Origin: a virus | Taxonomy: Duplodnaviria > Heunggongvirae > Uroviricota > Caudoviricetes | Strand: one strand, 5' to 3' | Virus record (IMG/VR): IMGVR_UViG_3300046820_001896 | DNA: 64,000 nt | Shown: positions 44,410 through 55,307 of the stretch, piece after piece | Numbering within the stretch: the first letter of the stretch is position 1 | Layout: each line of letters starts with the position of its first letter | Position numbers and translations under genes: made by a program | The notes under the pieces: model-generated | The model's database searches: none | What the model was told of the DNA's origin: nothing | What the model saw: the letters and a program-made list of their open reading frames with translations, nothing else

Positions 44410-47400
44410 ATGTCACTGAAGATTTTTTCACAAGCTCCTTACAACGATGACTACGATGAAACGAAGAAATATCTTCGTATGTTGTTTCGTCCAGGAGTTT
44501 CATTACAGGTACGAGAGTTAAATCAGCTACAAACTTATCTGCAAACTCAAATTCAGCGTTTAGGTTTACATTTATTTAAAGAAGGCTCAATGGTCATTCC
44601 AGGTCAAACTGCGATTGACACAAAAATTGTATATTTAAAAATTCAACCTGAAACAAACGGCGTTGAAATTAGTACTATTCTTGCAGATTTGGTTGGTAAG
44701 ACTATTACCGGTGCTAGCGGTGTACAAGCTCAGGTTCTTACATACGCTGCAGAAGAAGATACAGATCCTATTACATTATTCGTGCGTTATGTTGCATCTT
44801 CTGATGATGAAGAAACAAAAACATTTTCTGCCGAAGAATTATTAACTACTACTATCGATAGTGAAGAATACACATTACAAATTCTTCCATCGACTGATAC
44901 TCCAGTTGGTTTTGGTTCTATTGCATCTATCGAAGCTGGTGTTTATTTTATTAAGAGTCAATTTGTACAAGTTGATTCTGCTACAATCATTCTTTCTAAA
45001 TATAGCAATACACCGACATATCGAGTTGGTTTATTGGCAACAGAAAACATTGTAACATCTAATTCTGATGCTTCACTAAATGACAACGCCAATGGTTCTC
45101 CAAATGAGAATGCTCCTGGTGCTCATCGTTACCAATTATTATTAACATTTGCAAAATTAGCAGTTGATTCAGAATTAGACGAAAACTTTATTGAATTACT
45201 TCGTATTGAAAATGGTGAACTAAAGAGTAAAGTAGAAACATCTACATATTCTGAACTTGCTAAAACATTAGCACGTCGTACATTTGACGAATCTGGTAAC
45301 TATACAGTTCGTCCATTCAAATTAGCAATTCGCGAACATCGTAATAACGATCGCGGGCAATGGCAAGCATTTACTGAATATCGTTTAGGTGACATTGTAA
45401 AGAGCGGTGATAATTATTTCACAGCTATGGAAACTGCTACGTCTGGTAGTATCGAACCAGCTACTACTTTCTCTGAAACAAATCCATATCAAATCTATTC
45501 AGATAATAACATGGATTGGAACTATACTCCACGACCATCGTTTAATCGTGGTTACAAAACACCAGAAAACGGTGGTTCAGAATCTTCATTTGCAGTTGCT
45601 ATTGAACCTGGTAAAGGTTATGTACAAGGTTATGAAATCGAGAAGATTGCTACTGAATTCTTAGAAGTTCCTAAGTCAAGAGAATTTGCACGCATTGATA
45701 GTGATTCAATCGATATCAAGTACGGAAACTATGTTTATGTTTCTAACGTACGTGGTGTACCTGATTGCACAACATATCCAACAATCACTTTATACGATCA
45801 ATTAACTCCATCAACAAATTCTCAAGCTTCTGGTGCAGGTAATGCGATTGGTACCGCTCGTCTTCGTGCATTCGAATATGATTCAGGTACTCCTGGTGCA
45901 TCTGCAGTTTATAAAGCATATTTGTTCGACCTTCAAATGGAAGCTGGTTATACATTTGAACGTGATGTTAAACAATTCTTTTATGATTCAGGAACAACAT
46001 TAAGCAACTTCGTTGCAGATGTTTCACAAATTTATACTACATTAAGCGGTACAGTTAGCGGATCATCTACAACTGTTACAGGCGTTGGTACAAAGTTTAC
46101 AACTGAATTAAAAGTTGGAGATTATATTCGTGTTGAAGATTCTGCTGGAGCATTAGAAGTTCGCAGAGTTACTTCAATCACAAATAACACAACACTTGCT
46201 ATTGCTTCTGCTTTTAGCGGTACAGTTACTGGTAAAACATTTCAACGTGTGATGACACAAGTGCAAGATCCAAGTTTCACTGGATTGATTTTCCCTCTTG
46301 CACAATCATTTATTCGCAAAGTTCGTGGTGGTGAAAATGATGCTACATTTGCAACATCATACACAACTACACAAAAATTCACAGGTTCTACTTCATCAGG
46401 TCAATCAACACTGACAATTTCAGTTGGTGCTGCATCTGGTGCAACAACTCTTGGTACAGAATTTAATCCTTCAGCAAATAAAAATGAATTCGTTGTAATT
46501 AATAGATCAACTGGACGTCCAGTTAATCCAACTGCAATTAATTTATTAAATAATGGCGCGGATGCACAAATTACTGGTTTAAGTCAATCTTCTTCATATA
46601 CTGTATTTGCTCCAGTTCGTAAAGCTGGCACAATTGCACAAGAAAAGAAGAAAACACTTGTAAGCAATGCAGTAAAAGACTTCACTTCTATTGGTGCAGT
46701 TCAACCATTAACATTGTCTCTTGGTAAAGCTGACGGCTATCGCATTGTTGCTATTCGCATGAAGAATAGCGGATTCACTGCATCATCTAATCCAACTGAA
46801 ACTACTGATATTACTGATTGGTACACATTTGATAATGGTCAACGTGAAACACACTATGATGTAGCTACAATCACACGTAAACCTGGATATCCAGTTCCAA
46901 AGGGTGCTGTTCGTGTAATTTTTGATTATTTCGATCACACAGCTGGTACTGCCGGTGACTACTTTACAGTAGACTCATATTCAGATATTCCATTTGAAAA
47001 TATTCCATACTTCACGCCTGCTGGTGGCATGATTGCTCTTGCTGATGTTATGGATTTCCGTCCACGTATTAATGATGTTGGTACAGGTTATAGTAGCACA
47101 GGTGCTTCTCCATCAGAGTTGCCAAAACTTGGATTTGAAACAATTGCAAGTTACTCACACTATCTTGCACGTCGCGATAAATTAGCATTAGATATCGAAG
47201 GCAGATTCTTTACAATTTCTGGTGTAGCAAGTACTGCTCCGCAAGAACCAAAAGATCCAGCTCTTGGAATGATGTTAGCTAAGTTAAATGTTTCTCCATA
47301 CACAGCTTTCCCAAGCGATGGTTCTGTTACAATTGAAACTATCGATACTAAACGTTACACAATGCGTGATATCGGTAAGTTAGATAAGCGTATCGAAAAC

Positions 47401-50400
47401 TTAGAATACTACACAGCGCTTTCATTGTTAGAAAACGAAACAAAATCTCTTGCAATTAAAGACGATGTTGGCTTAGAACGTTTCAAAAATGGTTTCATTG
47501 TCGATAATTTCAAAGGTCAAGACTTAGGTGACGTAGCTTCTATTGACTATCGTTGCTCTATCGATATGACTGCACAAGAATTACGTCCATTTTACACAAT
47601 GGATAACGTAAACCTTGTTGAAGAAAACCAGATTAATGCTGATAGAACTTCTGACGGTTACCAATTGACAGGCGATATCATCACATTGCCATATACACAC
47701 TTTAAGTTTATCACTCAACCATTTGCGTCACGCACTGAGAACGTTAACCCATTTGCGGTGTTTACATTCTTAGGTCAAATGTCATTGAATCCACCATCTG
47801 ATGATTGGTTTGAAACAGATCGTCGTCCAGATATTATTACAAACGTAGAAGGTAACTTCTCTGCTGTACAAACACAACTTGAAAAACAAGGTGTTCTTGG
47901 CACAGTGTGGAATGCATGGCAAACAACATGGACAGGTCAAACACGTAATATTGATCGCTTAGTTGTTTCACGTGGCTTCGATAGTACAAACTATGGTCTT
48001 GGCGCTGGTCGTTGGATGGATCGTCGTACATTTACTGCTGCTGAACTTCGTGCTATTGGTGGTGATGCTCCATCATTTGGTAATGGTGCTGCTGGTGCTC
48101 GTGTATTGACATTCCAAACACAAGCTACAACAATTGGACAATCACGTTCAGGTATCACAACATCTGTTGTTCCTAAGGTAGACTATGAAGTTGTTGGAGA
48201 TAAAGTTCTTCAAACTTCTGTTATTCCTTACATTCGTGCACGTGAATTATTATTTGTTTGCCGTGGTTTAAAACCTAACACTAAATTAAATCCATTCTTT
48301 GATGATGCATCTATTCAAGCATATGTAACTCCTGCTACTCGTCTTCCAATTACTCAAAATGGTTCATTAGAATTCGATACAGAAACTAATGCTGGTGCGG
48401 CAGCAAATGACATTGGTCGTCAAGTTGGTGGTAAACCAGAAGTATCATTCAACAAGGGTGATGTTGTGTATGTTAAAACGCGTGGTGGTACAACATACAA
48501 CTCACAAGTAACATCGCCAGCTCGTGGTGTTGCAGTGTTGAAAGAAAAAACTACTGACACTGGTGCAGAAGCTGTTTATGTTCTAAACGTAACTGGTACT
48601 TTCCAAGGTGGAGACGTTATCAAAGGTTCTCTATCAGGTGCTGAATATATTATTCAAGGATCTGGTTCAATTGCTACTGCAACTCAAGGTTCAAACTTAG
48701 TAACTAACTTTAACGGTAACTTAGCTGGTGTATTCTCAATTCCAAATACAGATAGCATGCGCTTCCGTACAGGTGTTCGTGAATTTAAGTTAAGCGATAG
48801 CGTAACTGGTGGTAACGATTTTACAACACAAGGTCGTGGCACATATCGTGCTCAAGGTACATTAGAAACTAAACAGCGTTCTGTTAATGCTGTGCGTAAC
48901 TCTGAAATTGTTACACGTCCTGCATCAGAAACACGTACACAAGAGATCTTCTCTCCTGAACGTATCGTACGTGATACTGGTTGGTATGACCCTCTTGCCC
49001 AAACTATTATGATTGGTTCTAAGGGCGGTGCATTCTTAACTAAAGTTGATATCTTCTTCTCTACTAAAGATGCAAACATTCCAGTTAACTTACAAATTCG
49101 TGAATCTGTAAACGGTTACCCAGGTCCAGGTATTCTACCTTTCTCTAAGGTTACATTAAACCCAGATCAAATCATAACATCTAATGATGCATCTTTAGCA
49201 ACTACATTTACATTTGAATCTCCAGTTTATGTTCAAGACGAGACTGAATACTGTATCGTTCTTCTATCTGATTCAAACAACTATCGTGTTTGGATTTCAC
49301 AACTTGGTGAAAAAAATATTGGTACAGATCGTTTCATCTCTGAACAACCATACGCAGGTGTATTGTTTAAATCACAAAACGCTTCTACATGGACTGCTAA
49401 CCAAGAACAAGATTTGAAGTTCACAGTATATCGTGCTGAGTTTAATACAAACACAGAAGGCGTGGCTACATTCACTAATGATATCCTTCCTCCTGCTGTA
49501 TTAGATGGAAATCCATTTAAGACAACACTAGATTCGTCTAAGGTTCGTGTATCACATCGTAATCACGGCATGCCAGCAGGTTCAACAGTAATCATTTCTA
49601 ACGTTGCAGATGGAGACTATAACGGTATCGTTACAACATCTACTTCTGGTCTAAACGGTGAATTCATTATTAGCAACCCAGAACCAGATTCATATGTTAT
49701 CGATACTGGTACTGATGCTGATGCAACTGGTTTTGTTGGTGGTACAGATGTGGTTGTTTCTGAGAACGTTCCAATGGATGCTGCTCAGTTAATTACTCAA
49801 TCACAAACATTCTCTGACACAACATTATCATATGAAATGTTGACAACAGATTTATCATATAATCTTGCGACTGAAGCAACTAGCGTAATTCCAAATGAAA
49901 CAGTATACTTTGGCACATCTCAACAAGTTGCTTCTGCTATTAACGAAGAAACTGCTACTCCATTAAATGGTTCAAAGTCATTGAAAGTTATTGCAAGATT
50001 GAATACAGATAATTCTGCATTATCTCCAATCATTGATACTTCACGCTTATCAGTTGCAACAATCAAAAACCGTGTTGATAATTTCACATACGCTACTAAG
50101 AACGTTGCAGGTTTAGATGATATCATCGTAGCAGATGCAATTTCTGGTTTCACTTTCGATTCTGGAAGCCCTGGTACAATCTTTGTTCCAAGTACAGCAA
50201 GATCTGCGGTGCGTTCTATCACAGTTGGAAAATATGTTTCTGTAAGTGGTACAACAAGCAATAACACAACAATTCCTGTGTTAGTCACAGCAGTTGCAGC
50301 AAATGGTTCATCAATCACGACTAATTATGCTGGATTTACAACAGAATCTCCAGCAAATACTACTATCACATTGAAAGATAATTTCATCGATGAAAGTGTA

Positions 50401-50766
50401 CCAATTGGTGGTTCTGCGACATCTAAGTACTTAACTCGTTTAATTAACTTAGAACAACCTTCAACGTTCTTGAAAGTTATGTTCGCAGCAAACATTCCTG
50501 CGGTCACTGATTCAGACATTGAAGTTTGGTACAAGTTAATCCCAACTGGTACAAACGGTGATATCTCTCAACATTCATTTGTGCGTGCTACAACTCCTCT
50601 TAAGAACGTTAAGAGAACATCTAACCCAGACGAGTTCGTAGATGTACAATACGATTTGACAGATCTTCCAGCATTTGATGGTGTTGTTGTTAAGTTAGTA
50701 TTTAAGTCTGGCAATAGTGCTCAACCTCCACGCGTTAAAGAGTTGAGAGTAATTGCTTGTGCATAA
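44410..50766 (+). CDS. giant virion structural protein (2118 aa), putative baseplate/fibre component
   Basis: Single uninterrupted ORF. Thr/Ser/Gly-rich beta composition. CBM5/12-like W..Y..GD.V.SG.NYF motif at ~aa 310. Confidence 0.6.
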   Translation: MSLKIFSQAPYNDDYDETKKYLRMLFRPGVSLQVRELNQLQTYLQTQIQRLGLHLFKEGSMVIPGQTAIDTKIVYLKIQPETNGVEISTILADLVGKTITGASGVQAQVLTYAAEEDTDPITLFVRYVASSDDEETKTFSAEELLTTTIDSEEYTLQILPSTDTPVGFGSIASIEAGVYFIKSQFVQVDSATIILSKYSNTPTYRVGLLATENIVTSNSDASLNDNANGSPNENAPGAHRYQLLLTFAKLAVDSELDENFIELLRIENGELKSKVETSTYSELAKTLARRTFDESGNYTVRPFKLAIREHRNNDRGQWQAFTEYRLGDIVKSGDNYFTAMETATSGSIEPATTFSETNPYQIYSDNNMDWNYTPRPSFNRGYKTPENGGSESSFAVAIEPGKGYVQGYEIEKIATEFLEVPKSREFARIDSDSIDIKYGNYVYVSNVRGVPDCTTYPTITLYDQLTPSTNSQASGAGNAIGTARLRAFEYDSGTPGASAVYKAYLFDLQMEAGYTFERDVKQFFYDSGTTLSNFVADVSQIYTTLSGTVSGSSTTVTGVGTKFTTELKVGDYIRVEDSAGALEVRRVTSITNNTTLAIASAFSGTVTGKTFQRVMTQVQDPSFTGLIFPLAQSFIRKVRGGENDATFATSYTTTQKFTGSTSSGQSTLTISVGAASGATTLGTEFNPSANKNEFVVINRSTGRPVNPTAINLLNNGADAQITGLSQSSSYTVFAPVRKAGTIAQEKKKTLVSNAVKDFTSIGAVQPLTLSLGKADGYRIVAIRMKNSGFTASSNPTETTDITDWYTFDNGQRETHYDVATITRKPGYPVPKGAVRVIFDYFDHTAGTAGDYFTVDSYSDIPFENIPYFTPAGGMIALADVMDFRPRINDVGTGYSSTGASPSELPKLGFETIASYSHYLARRDKLALDIEGRFFTISGVASTAPQEPKDPALGMMLAKLNVSPYTAFPSDGSVTIETIDTKRYTMRDIGKLDKRIENLEYYTALSLLENETKSLAIKDDVGLERFKNGFIVDNFKGQDLGDVASIDYRCSIDMTAQELRPFYTMDNVNLVEENQINADRTSDGYQLTGDIITLPYTHFKFITQPFASRTENVNPFAVFTFLGQMSLNPPSDDWFETDRRPDIITNVEGNFSAVQTQLEKQGVLGTVWNAWQTTWTGQTRNIDRLVVSRGFDSTNYGLGAGRWMDRRTFTAAELRAIGGDAPSFGNGAAGARVLTFQTQATTIGQSRSGITTSVVPKVDYEVVGDKVLQTSVIPYIRARELLFVCRGLKPNTKLNPFFDDASIQAYVTPATRLPITQNGSLEFDTETNAGAAANDIGRQVGGKPEVSFNKGDVVYVKTRGGTTYNSQVTSPARGVAVLKEKTTDTGAEAVYVLNVTGTFQGGDVIKGSLSGAEYIIQGSGSIATATQGSNLVTNFNGNLAGVFSIPNTDSMRFRTGVREFKLSDSVTGGNDFTTQGRGTYRAQGTLETKQRSVNAVRNSEIVTRPASETRTQEIFSPERIVRDTGWYDPLAQTIMIGSKGGAFLTKVDIFFSTKDANIPVNLQIRESVNGYPGPGILPFSKVTLNPDQIITSNDASLATTFTFESPVYVQDETEYCIVLLSDSNNYRVWISQLGEKNIGTDRFISEQPYAGVLFKSQNASTWTANQEQDLKFTVYRAEFNTNTEGVATFTNDILPPAVLDGNPFKTTLDSSKVRVSHRNHGMPAGSTVIISNVADGDYNGIVTTSTSGLNGEFIISNPEPDSYVIDTGTDADATGFVGGTDVVVSENVPMDAAQLITQSQTFSDTTLSYEMLTTDLSYNLATEATSVIPNETVYFGTSQQVASAINEETATPLNGSKSLKVIARLNTDNSALSPIIDTSRLSVATIKNRVDNFTYATKNVAGLDDIIVADAISGFTFDSGSPGTIFVPSTARSAVRSITVGKYVSVSGTTSNNTTIPVLVTAVAANGSSITTNYAGFTTESPANTTITLKDNFIDESVPIGGSATSKYLTRLINLEQPSTFLKVMFAANIPAVTDSDIEVWYKLIPTGTNGDISQHSFVRATTPLKNVKRTSNPDEFVDVQYDLTDLPAFDGVVVKLVFKSGNSAQPPRVKELRVIACA

Positions 50767-50992
50767 AGCTGTTAAAGTTGAAAATGAAGTAGGTCTCTAC
50801 CGAGACCTATCTTCTGGTGCTATTGTAAATACAGACGATAGCGGTAGAAATGCATATTTAAAACAGCGCAAAGCATTGCTTAAAGCTAGAGAAGAAACTG
50901 AACAAAACACTAGGGACATTCAAGAGCTTAAAGGGGAAGTTCAAGACATTAAGCAGATGCTAAGTCAGATTTTAGCACATGTCCAAAAATAA
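50753..50992 (+). CDS. small coiled-coil protein (79 aa)
   Basis: ORF overlapping the end of the giant gene. Confidence 0.35.
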   Translation: MLVHKAVKVENEVGLYRDLSSGAIVNTDDSGRNAYLKQRKALLKAREETEQNTRDIQELKGEVQDIKQMLSQILAHVQK

Positions 50993-51003
50993 GAGAGAAG
51001 TAA

Positions 51004-52095
51004 ATGTCTGTCATAAACGTAAGTTTAGAAGATACATTCGAACAATGGAGAATTAAGACTAATCAGCTTGGTTCTACCATTGGTGATGCAGCTTCTCTTC
51101 AAACAACTTCAACAAATTTAGTTGCAGCAATCAATGAAGTTCGCAGTAATGCGGTCGTTGATGGTATCGTCACGACTTATGGCAATATATTTCAAATTAA
51201 TATTGATGAAGGCGATTCAGCTGAATTAATATTAGATTTGGACGGTAACTTAACATTAGCTGGTGATTTAATTGCTGACGTTACAGGTAACCTAAATGGT
51301 AATGCTAATACAGCAACGAAACTTCGTAATGGTCGTATTATCTCTATTACTGGTGATGCGACATGGGATGTAGTATTTGATGGATCTGCTAATGCAACCG
51401 GTCAATTGCAAATCAATCCAACAGGTGTTGTACCAGGAACATTTACTAAAGTTACTGTTGATGGAGATGGTAGAATATATGAAGGTTTTGATTTAGAAGA
51501 TACTGATGTTATTGCTGCTCTTGGATATACACCAGTAAGTGAAGATGCAGGTTATGATAATCCAAGTTGGCTGACTTCTATTAATGGTAATAAAATTAAT
51601 AGTGCAAGCAATATTACAATTGCTAACTTAACTGTTGGAAGTAGAGTATATCTTGGAAACGGTTCTGCAACTGCTCCAAGTATCGGGTTTTCTTCTGATG
51701 CTGCTCAAGATACTGGAATTTATTGGGGTGGAGATGGTTACACTTTCTTCACCAACAATGGTGTAAAAAGCGGTGAGATTCAACCTGGCGGAAACTTAGT
51801 GATGGTTGGTAACGTTGGTGGTTATTCAGATATTCGTCTTAAAAGGGATATTGAAACTATCAAAGGCGCTCTTGATATTGTTAATCAGTTAAGAGGCATC
51901 TATTATACGTCTATAGATACTAATGAACGTAGCGTTGGTGTTGTAGCTCAAGAAGTACAAAACAAAATTCCAGAATTAATTAGAGTTGGTGAAAATGGAA
52001 TGCTTTCAGTTTCATATGGAAACATGGGAGGTCTTCTTTTACAAGCTATCAATGAATTGACAGAGAGAGTAAAAGCTATCGAAGCTAAATTATGA
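51004..52095 (+). CDS. tail fibre/spike protein with C-terminal S74-type intramolecular chaperone (autoproteolytic) domain
   Basis: SDIRLKRDIETIKGALDIVNQLRGIYYT...GVVAQEVQ..PELI...G.L.V.YG.....L..AINEL matches the endosialidase/L-shaped-fibre chaperone domain. Confidence 0.7.
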   Translation: MSVINVSLEDTFEQWRIKTNQLGSTIGDAASLQTTSTNLVAAINEVRSNAVVDGIVTTYGNIFQINIDEGDSAELILDLDGNLTLAGDLIADVTGNLNGNANTATKLRNGRIISITGDATWDVVFDGSANATGQLQINPTGVVPGTFTKVTVDGDGRIYEGFDLEDTDVIAALGYTPVSEDAGYDNPSWLTSINGNKINSASNITIANLTVGSRVYLGNGSATAPSIGFSSDAAQDTGIYWGGDGYTFFTNNGVKSGEIQPGGNLVMVGNVGGYSDIRLKRDIETIKGALDIVNQLRGIYYTSIDTNERSVGVVAQEVQNKIPELIRVGENGMLSVSYGNMGGLLLQAINELTERVKAIEAKL

Positions 52096-52502
52096 CTTTA
52101 CAAACAACAGGATTAATCACTCTTAGAGATATAGCAAATGAGGCTGGGCAACCAACCTCATTTTCGCCTTCCCTATCGTGGGTTAAATCAATCGTAAAAC
52201 CCGCAAATAGACTTCCAACTAATGAGATTGACGATGTCTATGGATTTGCATATTTCCAAAAAAATTCTGAAGGCAACTGTGCTAACGGAAATTGTACAGC
52301 AAATTGTAATTGTGGAAATATTCAATGTACTAACTGCGCTATTACTGGAACAGTAAATTGTACAAACTGCGATACACAAGCTTGGTTACAACCAAATTGT
52401 AATTGTGCTTGCACATATAATTGTAACCAAACACAAATTAGCTATAACTGTGCGTGTGCTTGTGCATGCGCTTGTGCTTGTGCTGATGGTGGCGGTGGAT
52501 AA
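52092..52502 (+). CDS. Cys/Asn-rich protein (136 aa): ~60-aa N-terminal region, then an 18-Cys core of NC/CxNC repeats ending in (CA)6-DGGGG
   Basis: Seen in translation. (TGYGCN)6 microsatellite at 52448-52485. ATGA-coupled to the fibre gene upstream and directly followed by a rSAM-SPASM enzyme. Confidence 0.55.
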   Translation: MTLQTTGLITLRDIANEAGQPTSFSPSLSWVKSIVKPANRLPTNEIDDVYGFAYFQKNSEGNCANGNCTANCNCGNIQCTNCAITGTVNCTNCDTQAWLQPNCNCACTYNCNQTQISYNCACACACACACADGGGG

Positions 52503-52523
52503 ATAGTTATTTGAGGCGATATT

Positions 52524-53957
52524 ATGATATTTGAAATTTTAGCAGAACGCAGTGAAAAAGATAGAAAAACATTTTTTTACGATAATATAAAAAATGTCTT
52601 ATCTTCAGAGGATGGTTTCATATTTAGTGTGGAAAATAAAAAAACACACAATCATATTGCTATACCATTTTCTAAAAAATCCCCATTGAAAAAATCAAAG
52701 AATATTACAAAACTAAAGATCCAAATGGGTCTTTCGTGTAACTATTCTTGCGACTATTGTTCTCAAAAGTTTGTTGGTCGTCCACCAGAAACCAATAAAA
52801 AAGACATTGATGACTTTATGAAAAAGTTAGAGGTGTTAGAATTCACAGAAGAACAAGGTTTATCAGTAGAATTTTGGGGAGGAGAGCCATTCGTTTATTG
52901 GAAAACTATGAAGCCTCTCGCAGAAGCTATTATGGAAAAGTTTTCTCATTGGAAAAATAGACCTAAGTTTTCAGTGATCACAAACGGTTCTATCTTAACA
53001 AGAGACATTTGTGCTTGGTTATATTACATGGGGTTTTATGTTTCAATTAGTCATGACGGTCCAGGGCAAAGTGTCAGAGGTCCTGATCCATTCGAAGACG
53101 AAGAAGCAAAAAAGATCGTATTAGAATTTTACAAAATAATGAAGCCACAAGGTAGAATTAGTTTTAATTCTATGCTTAATTCTAAAAATAAAAATCGGAA
53201 AGCAATTCACGAATGGTTTATCAATTTTACTGGAGATCCCGAAGTTCCTTTAGGAGAAGGTGCTTTAGTTGATGCATATGATTTAGATGGTATGAATAAT
53301 TCACTATCTACTAAAGAAGAACATTTTGAATTTAGAAGAAATTCTTTTAATGATATTAGATCGAATAATGGTTATATTGGATTTGGAACTATATTACAAA
53401 AAATAGATGGTTTTACTAATTCAGTGATGAATCAACTACCAGCTTCTGGATTAGGACAAAAGTGTGGAATGGATGATCAACATGTTTTAGCGATTGATAT
53501 GAAAGGCAATGTATTAACTTGTCAAAATGTATCTGCTGTTGAAACTGCAATGAATGGTGAATCTCATTTAGGCGGAAACTTAGATGACTACGATAATGTA
53601 GAGTTAAAATCTTCTACTCATTGGGCAAATAGAGAAGAGTGTTCAAAGTGCCCAGTTTTGCATCTATGCAAAGGTTCTTGTATGTTTTTAGATGGTCAGT
53701 TTTGGAAAACAACATGCGATAATGCTTATTCTGATAACATTTCACTTTTTGCTTTAGCATTCGAAAAGATGACATCAGGGTATATTCCATTGTACATAAA
53801 TAGTAATGAATTATCCCCAGAAAGAAAAGATATTTGGGGAACAATATTAAGCCATAAAGAAGAACCTACTAAAAAAATTATTCCTATTATTGCTGTAAGC
53901 GAAAAAACAGTATTAAATGATGTAGAAGTCTATACACAAGCAAAGGTAACACAATGA
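52524..53957 (+). CDS. radical SAM enzyme with C-terminal SPASM domain (peptide/protein-modifying maturase class)
   Basis: CNYSCDYC (Cx3Cx2C), GGEP-like FWGGEPF, auxiliary cluster CSKCPVLHLCKGSC (Cx2Cx5Cx3C) plus upstream Cys. Confidence 0.8.
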   Translation: MIFEILAERSEKDRKTFFYDNIKNVLSSEDGFIFSVENKKTHNHIAIPFSKKSPLKKSKNITKLKIQMGLSCNYSCDYCSQKFVGRPPETNKKDIDDFMKKLEVLEFTEEQGLSVEFWGGEPFVYWKTMKPLAEAIMEKFSHWKNRPKFSVITNGSILTRDICAWLYYMGFYVSISHDGPGQSVRGPDPFEDEEAKKIVLEFYKIMKPQGRISFNSMLNSKNKNRKAIHEWFINFTGDPEVPLGEGALVDAYDLDGMNNSLSTKEEHFEFRRNSFNDIRSNNGYIGFGTILQKIDGFTNSVMNQLPASGLGQKCGMDDQHVLAIDMKGNVLTCQNVSAVETAMNGESHLGGNLDDYDNVELKSSTHWANREECSKCPVLHLCKGSCMFLDGQFWKTTCDNAYSDNISLFALAFEKMTSGYIPLYINSNELSPERKDIWGTILSHKEEPTKKIIPIIAVSEKTVLNDVEVYTQAKVTQ

Positions 53958-54274
53958 TATTAATTGATGTAGAAAGTCAAAATTTGCCTGAATTAATTCG
54001 TTTATATAAGACTATTCCTTATGTTGTCCAAATAAGATGCAATAAAATATTAAGACAGCATTATAAAGATTTTGTAGGAGAAGATGGTTTGTATGTTGCA
54101 TGTTTAGTGCAGGTGAAGTCAGGCGAAGACAAATATTTAAAGTTTGAAGATATCTTATCTAAAGAGGTGTGGGATGATCCCATGCAATATCAATATTGTC
54201 TGCAGAATATGAAATTAAAAATAGATGATTACATAGAAAATGATGTTCTTCCAAAAACACCATATAGCGAGTAA
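53954..54274 (+). CDS. small protein (106 aa), paralogue A of a tandem pair
   Basis: Shares V.Q.R....L.Q.F.DLVG.DG....CL....E.F.K...IDDYI..D..P with 54277-54573. Confidence 0.45.
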   Translation: MILIDVESQNLPELIRLYKTIPYVVQIRCNKILRQHYKDFVGEDGLYVACLVQVKSGEDKYLKFEDILSKEVWDDPMQYQYCLQNMKLKIDDYIENDVLPKTPYSE

Positions 54275-54276
54275 TT

Positions 54277-54573
54277 ATGGAAACACCTAATTTATTAACT
54301 TTAGTAAATCGTCTTAGACAAACTGAACATGTTACGCAAGTTAGATATCACCAAGTTTTAAAACAACGTTTTAGAGATTTAGTTGGAGTAGATGGTATTT
54401 CAATTGTATGTTTACTTACTAATAAAGCTAATCCTGAAAATTTTGTGAAAATTGTAACTATTTTAGAAGCTTCAGTAATTGAGAATTTAGAACGACATGA
54501 TGCTATCATAGAAGATATTAAAACAAGAATCGATGATTATATCATCAGAGATATAAGGCCACCAAAATTCTAA
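54277..54573 (+). CDS. small protein (98 aa), paralogue B of a tandem pair
   Basis: Paralogous to 53954-54274. Confidence 0.45.
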   Translation: METPNLLTLVNRLRQTEHVTQVRYHQVLKQRFRDLVGVDGISIVCLLTNKANPENFVKIVTILEASVIENLERHDAIIEDIKTRIDDYIIRDIRPPKF

Positions 54574-55307
54574 TGTTAACAGATCAAGAAATTAATGACT
54601 ATTACGATAGTCTTGTGCCAGTTATGCCAAGACCAGAAGATCGTGTCGTAGATATGTCATTTAAAAATACTAATACCAACATTCTAATATCTGCCGGTAG
54701 ATTATTAGCTGTTGCCAATTATTCTGCAAGCGTAAAAGCATTAGCAGAATTTAATAAATCTAATATTTTTACATTTCAATTAGTAGGAATGGAAGAACGT
54801 CCAAATTTATATTTTCAAAAAAATAAATGTTGGAGAATTCGTGTTACTGAAGATGGTAAAGCTTGGCAAGATTCGCCTAATATTGAATCAATCGAACAAT
54901 TATATGATTTTATTTTAATCTCTCAAAAAGCTGCAGTCTTAGATGTTATTCATCGTCGTTTAGATATGAATAGACGTAGAGAAATTAAAGCTGCACAAGG
55001 TCAAAATCACATCTATTTTGCAAAATATTTAGAAGCAAAAGAAATCCTTGAAAAAGGAATTACTGAAGATCCTATTTGTAAATATCCATTTGTTACTGGA
55101 TATGCTGATTTAGTCGGAATGGATATTGTAGAAGCATCTAAGCGCATTAAATTTAAGTATGAAACTCGTGCATCATTTTTAGCAGAAAATGAAACGCTTA
55201 GATTAAAATATACTGCATTCGTTAAACAGCAAACTACTCTGGAAGATTTAGGTGCTGTGTTAGAACAATTTAAAGCTGAAAGCACAAAGTACGGCGATTC
55301 ACTATGA
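54573..55307 (+). CDS. hypothetical protein (244 aa)
   Basis: ORF; ATGA overlap. Confidence 0.5.
   Translation: MLTDQEINDYYDSLVPVMPRPEDRVVDMSFKNTNTNILISAGRLLAVANYSASVKALAEFNKSNIFTFQLVGMEERPNLYFQKNKCWRIRVTEDGKAWQDSPNIESIEQLYDFILISQKAAVLDVIHRRLDMNRRREIKAAQGQNHIYFAKYLEAKEILEKGITEDPICKYPFVTGYADLVGMDIVEASKRIKFKYETRASFLAENETLRLKYTAFVKQQTTLEDLGAVLEQFKAESTKYGDSL

Noticed and set aside
52440-52490. Possible CRISPR-like or simple-repeat array (CACACA)
   Set aside because: It is only about six 6-nt units, in frame, inside a CDS. It has no spacers or CRISPR repeat structure.
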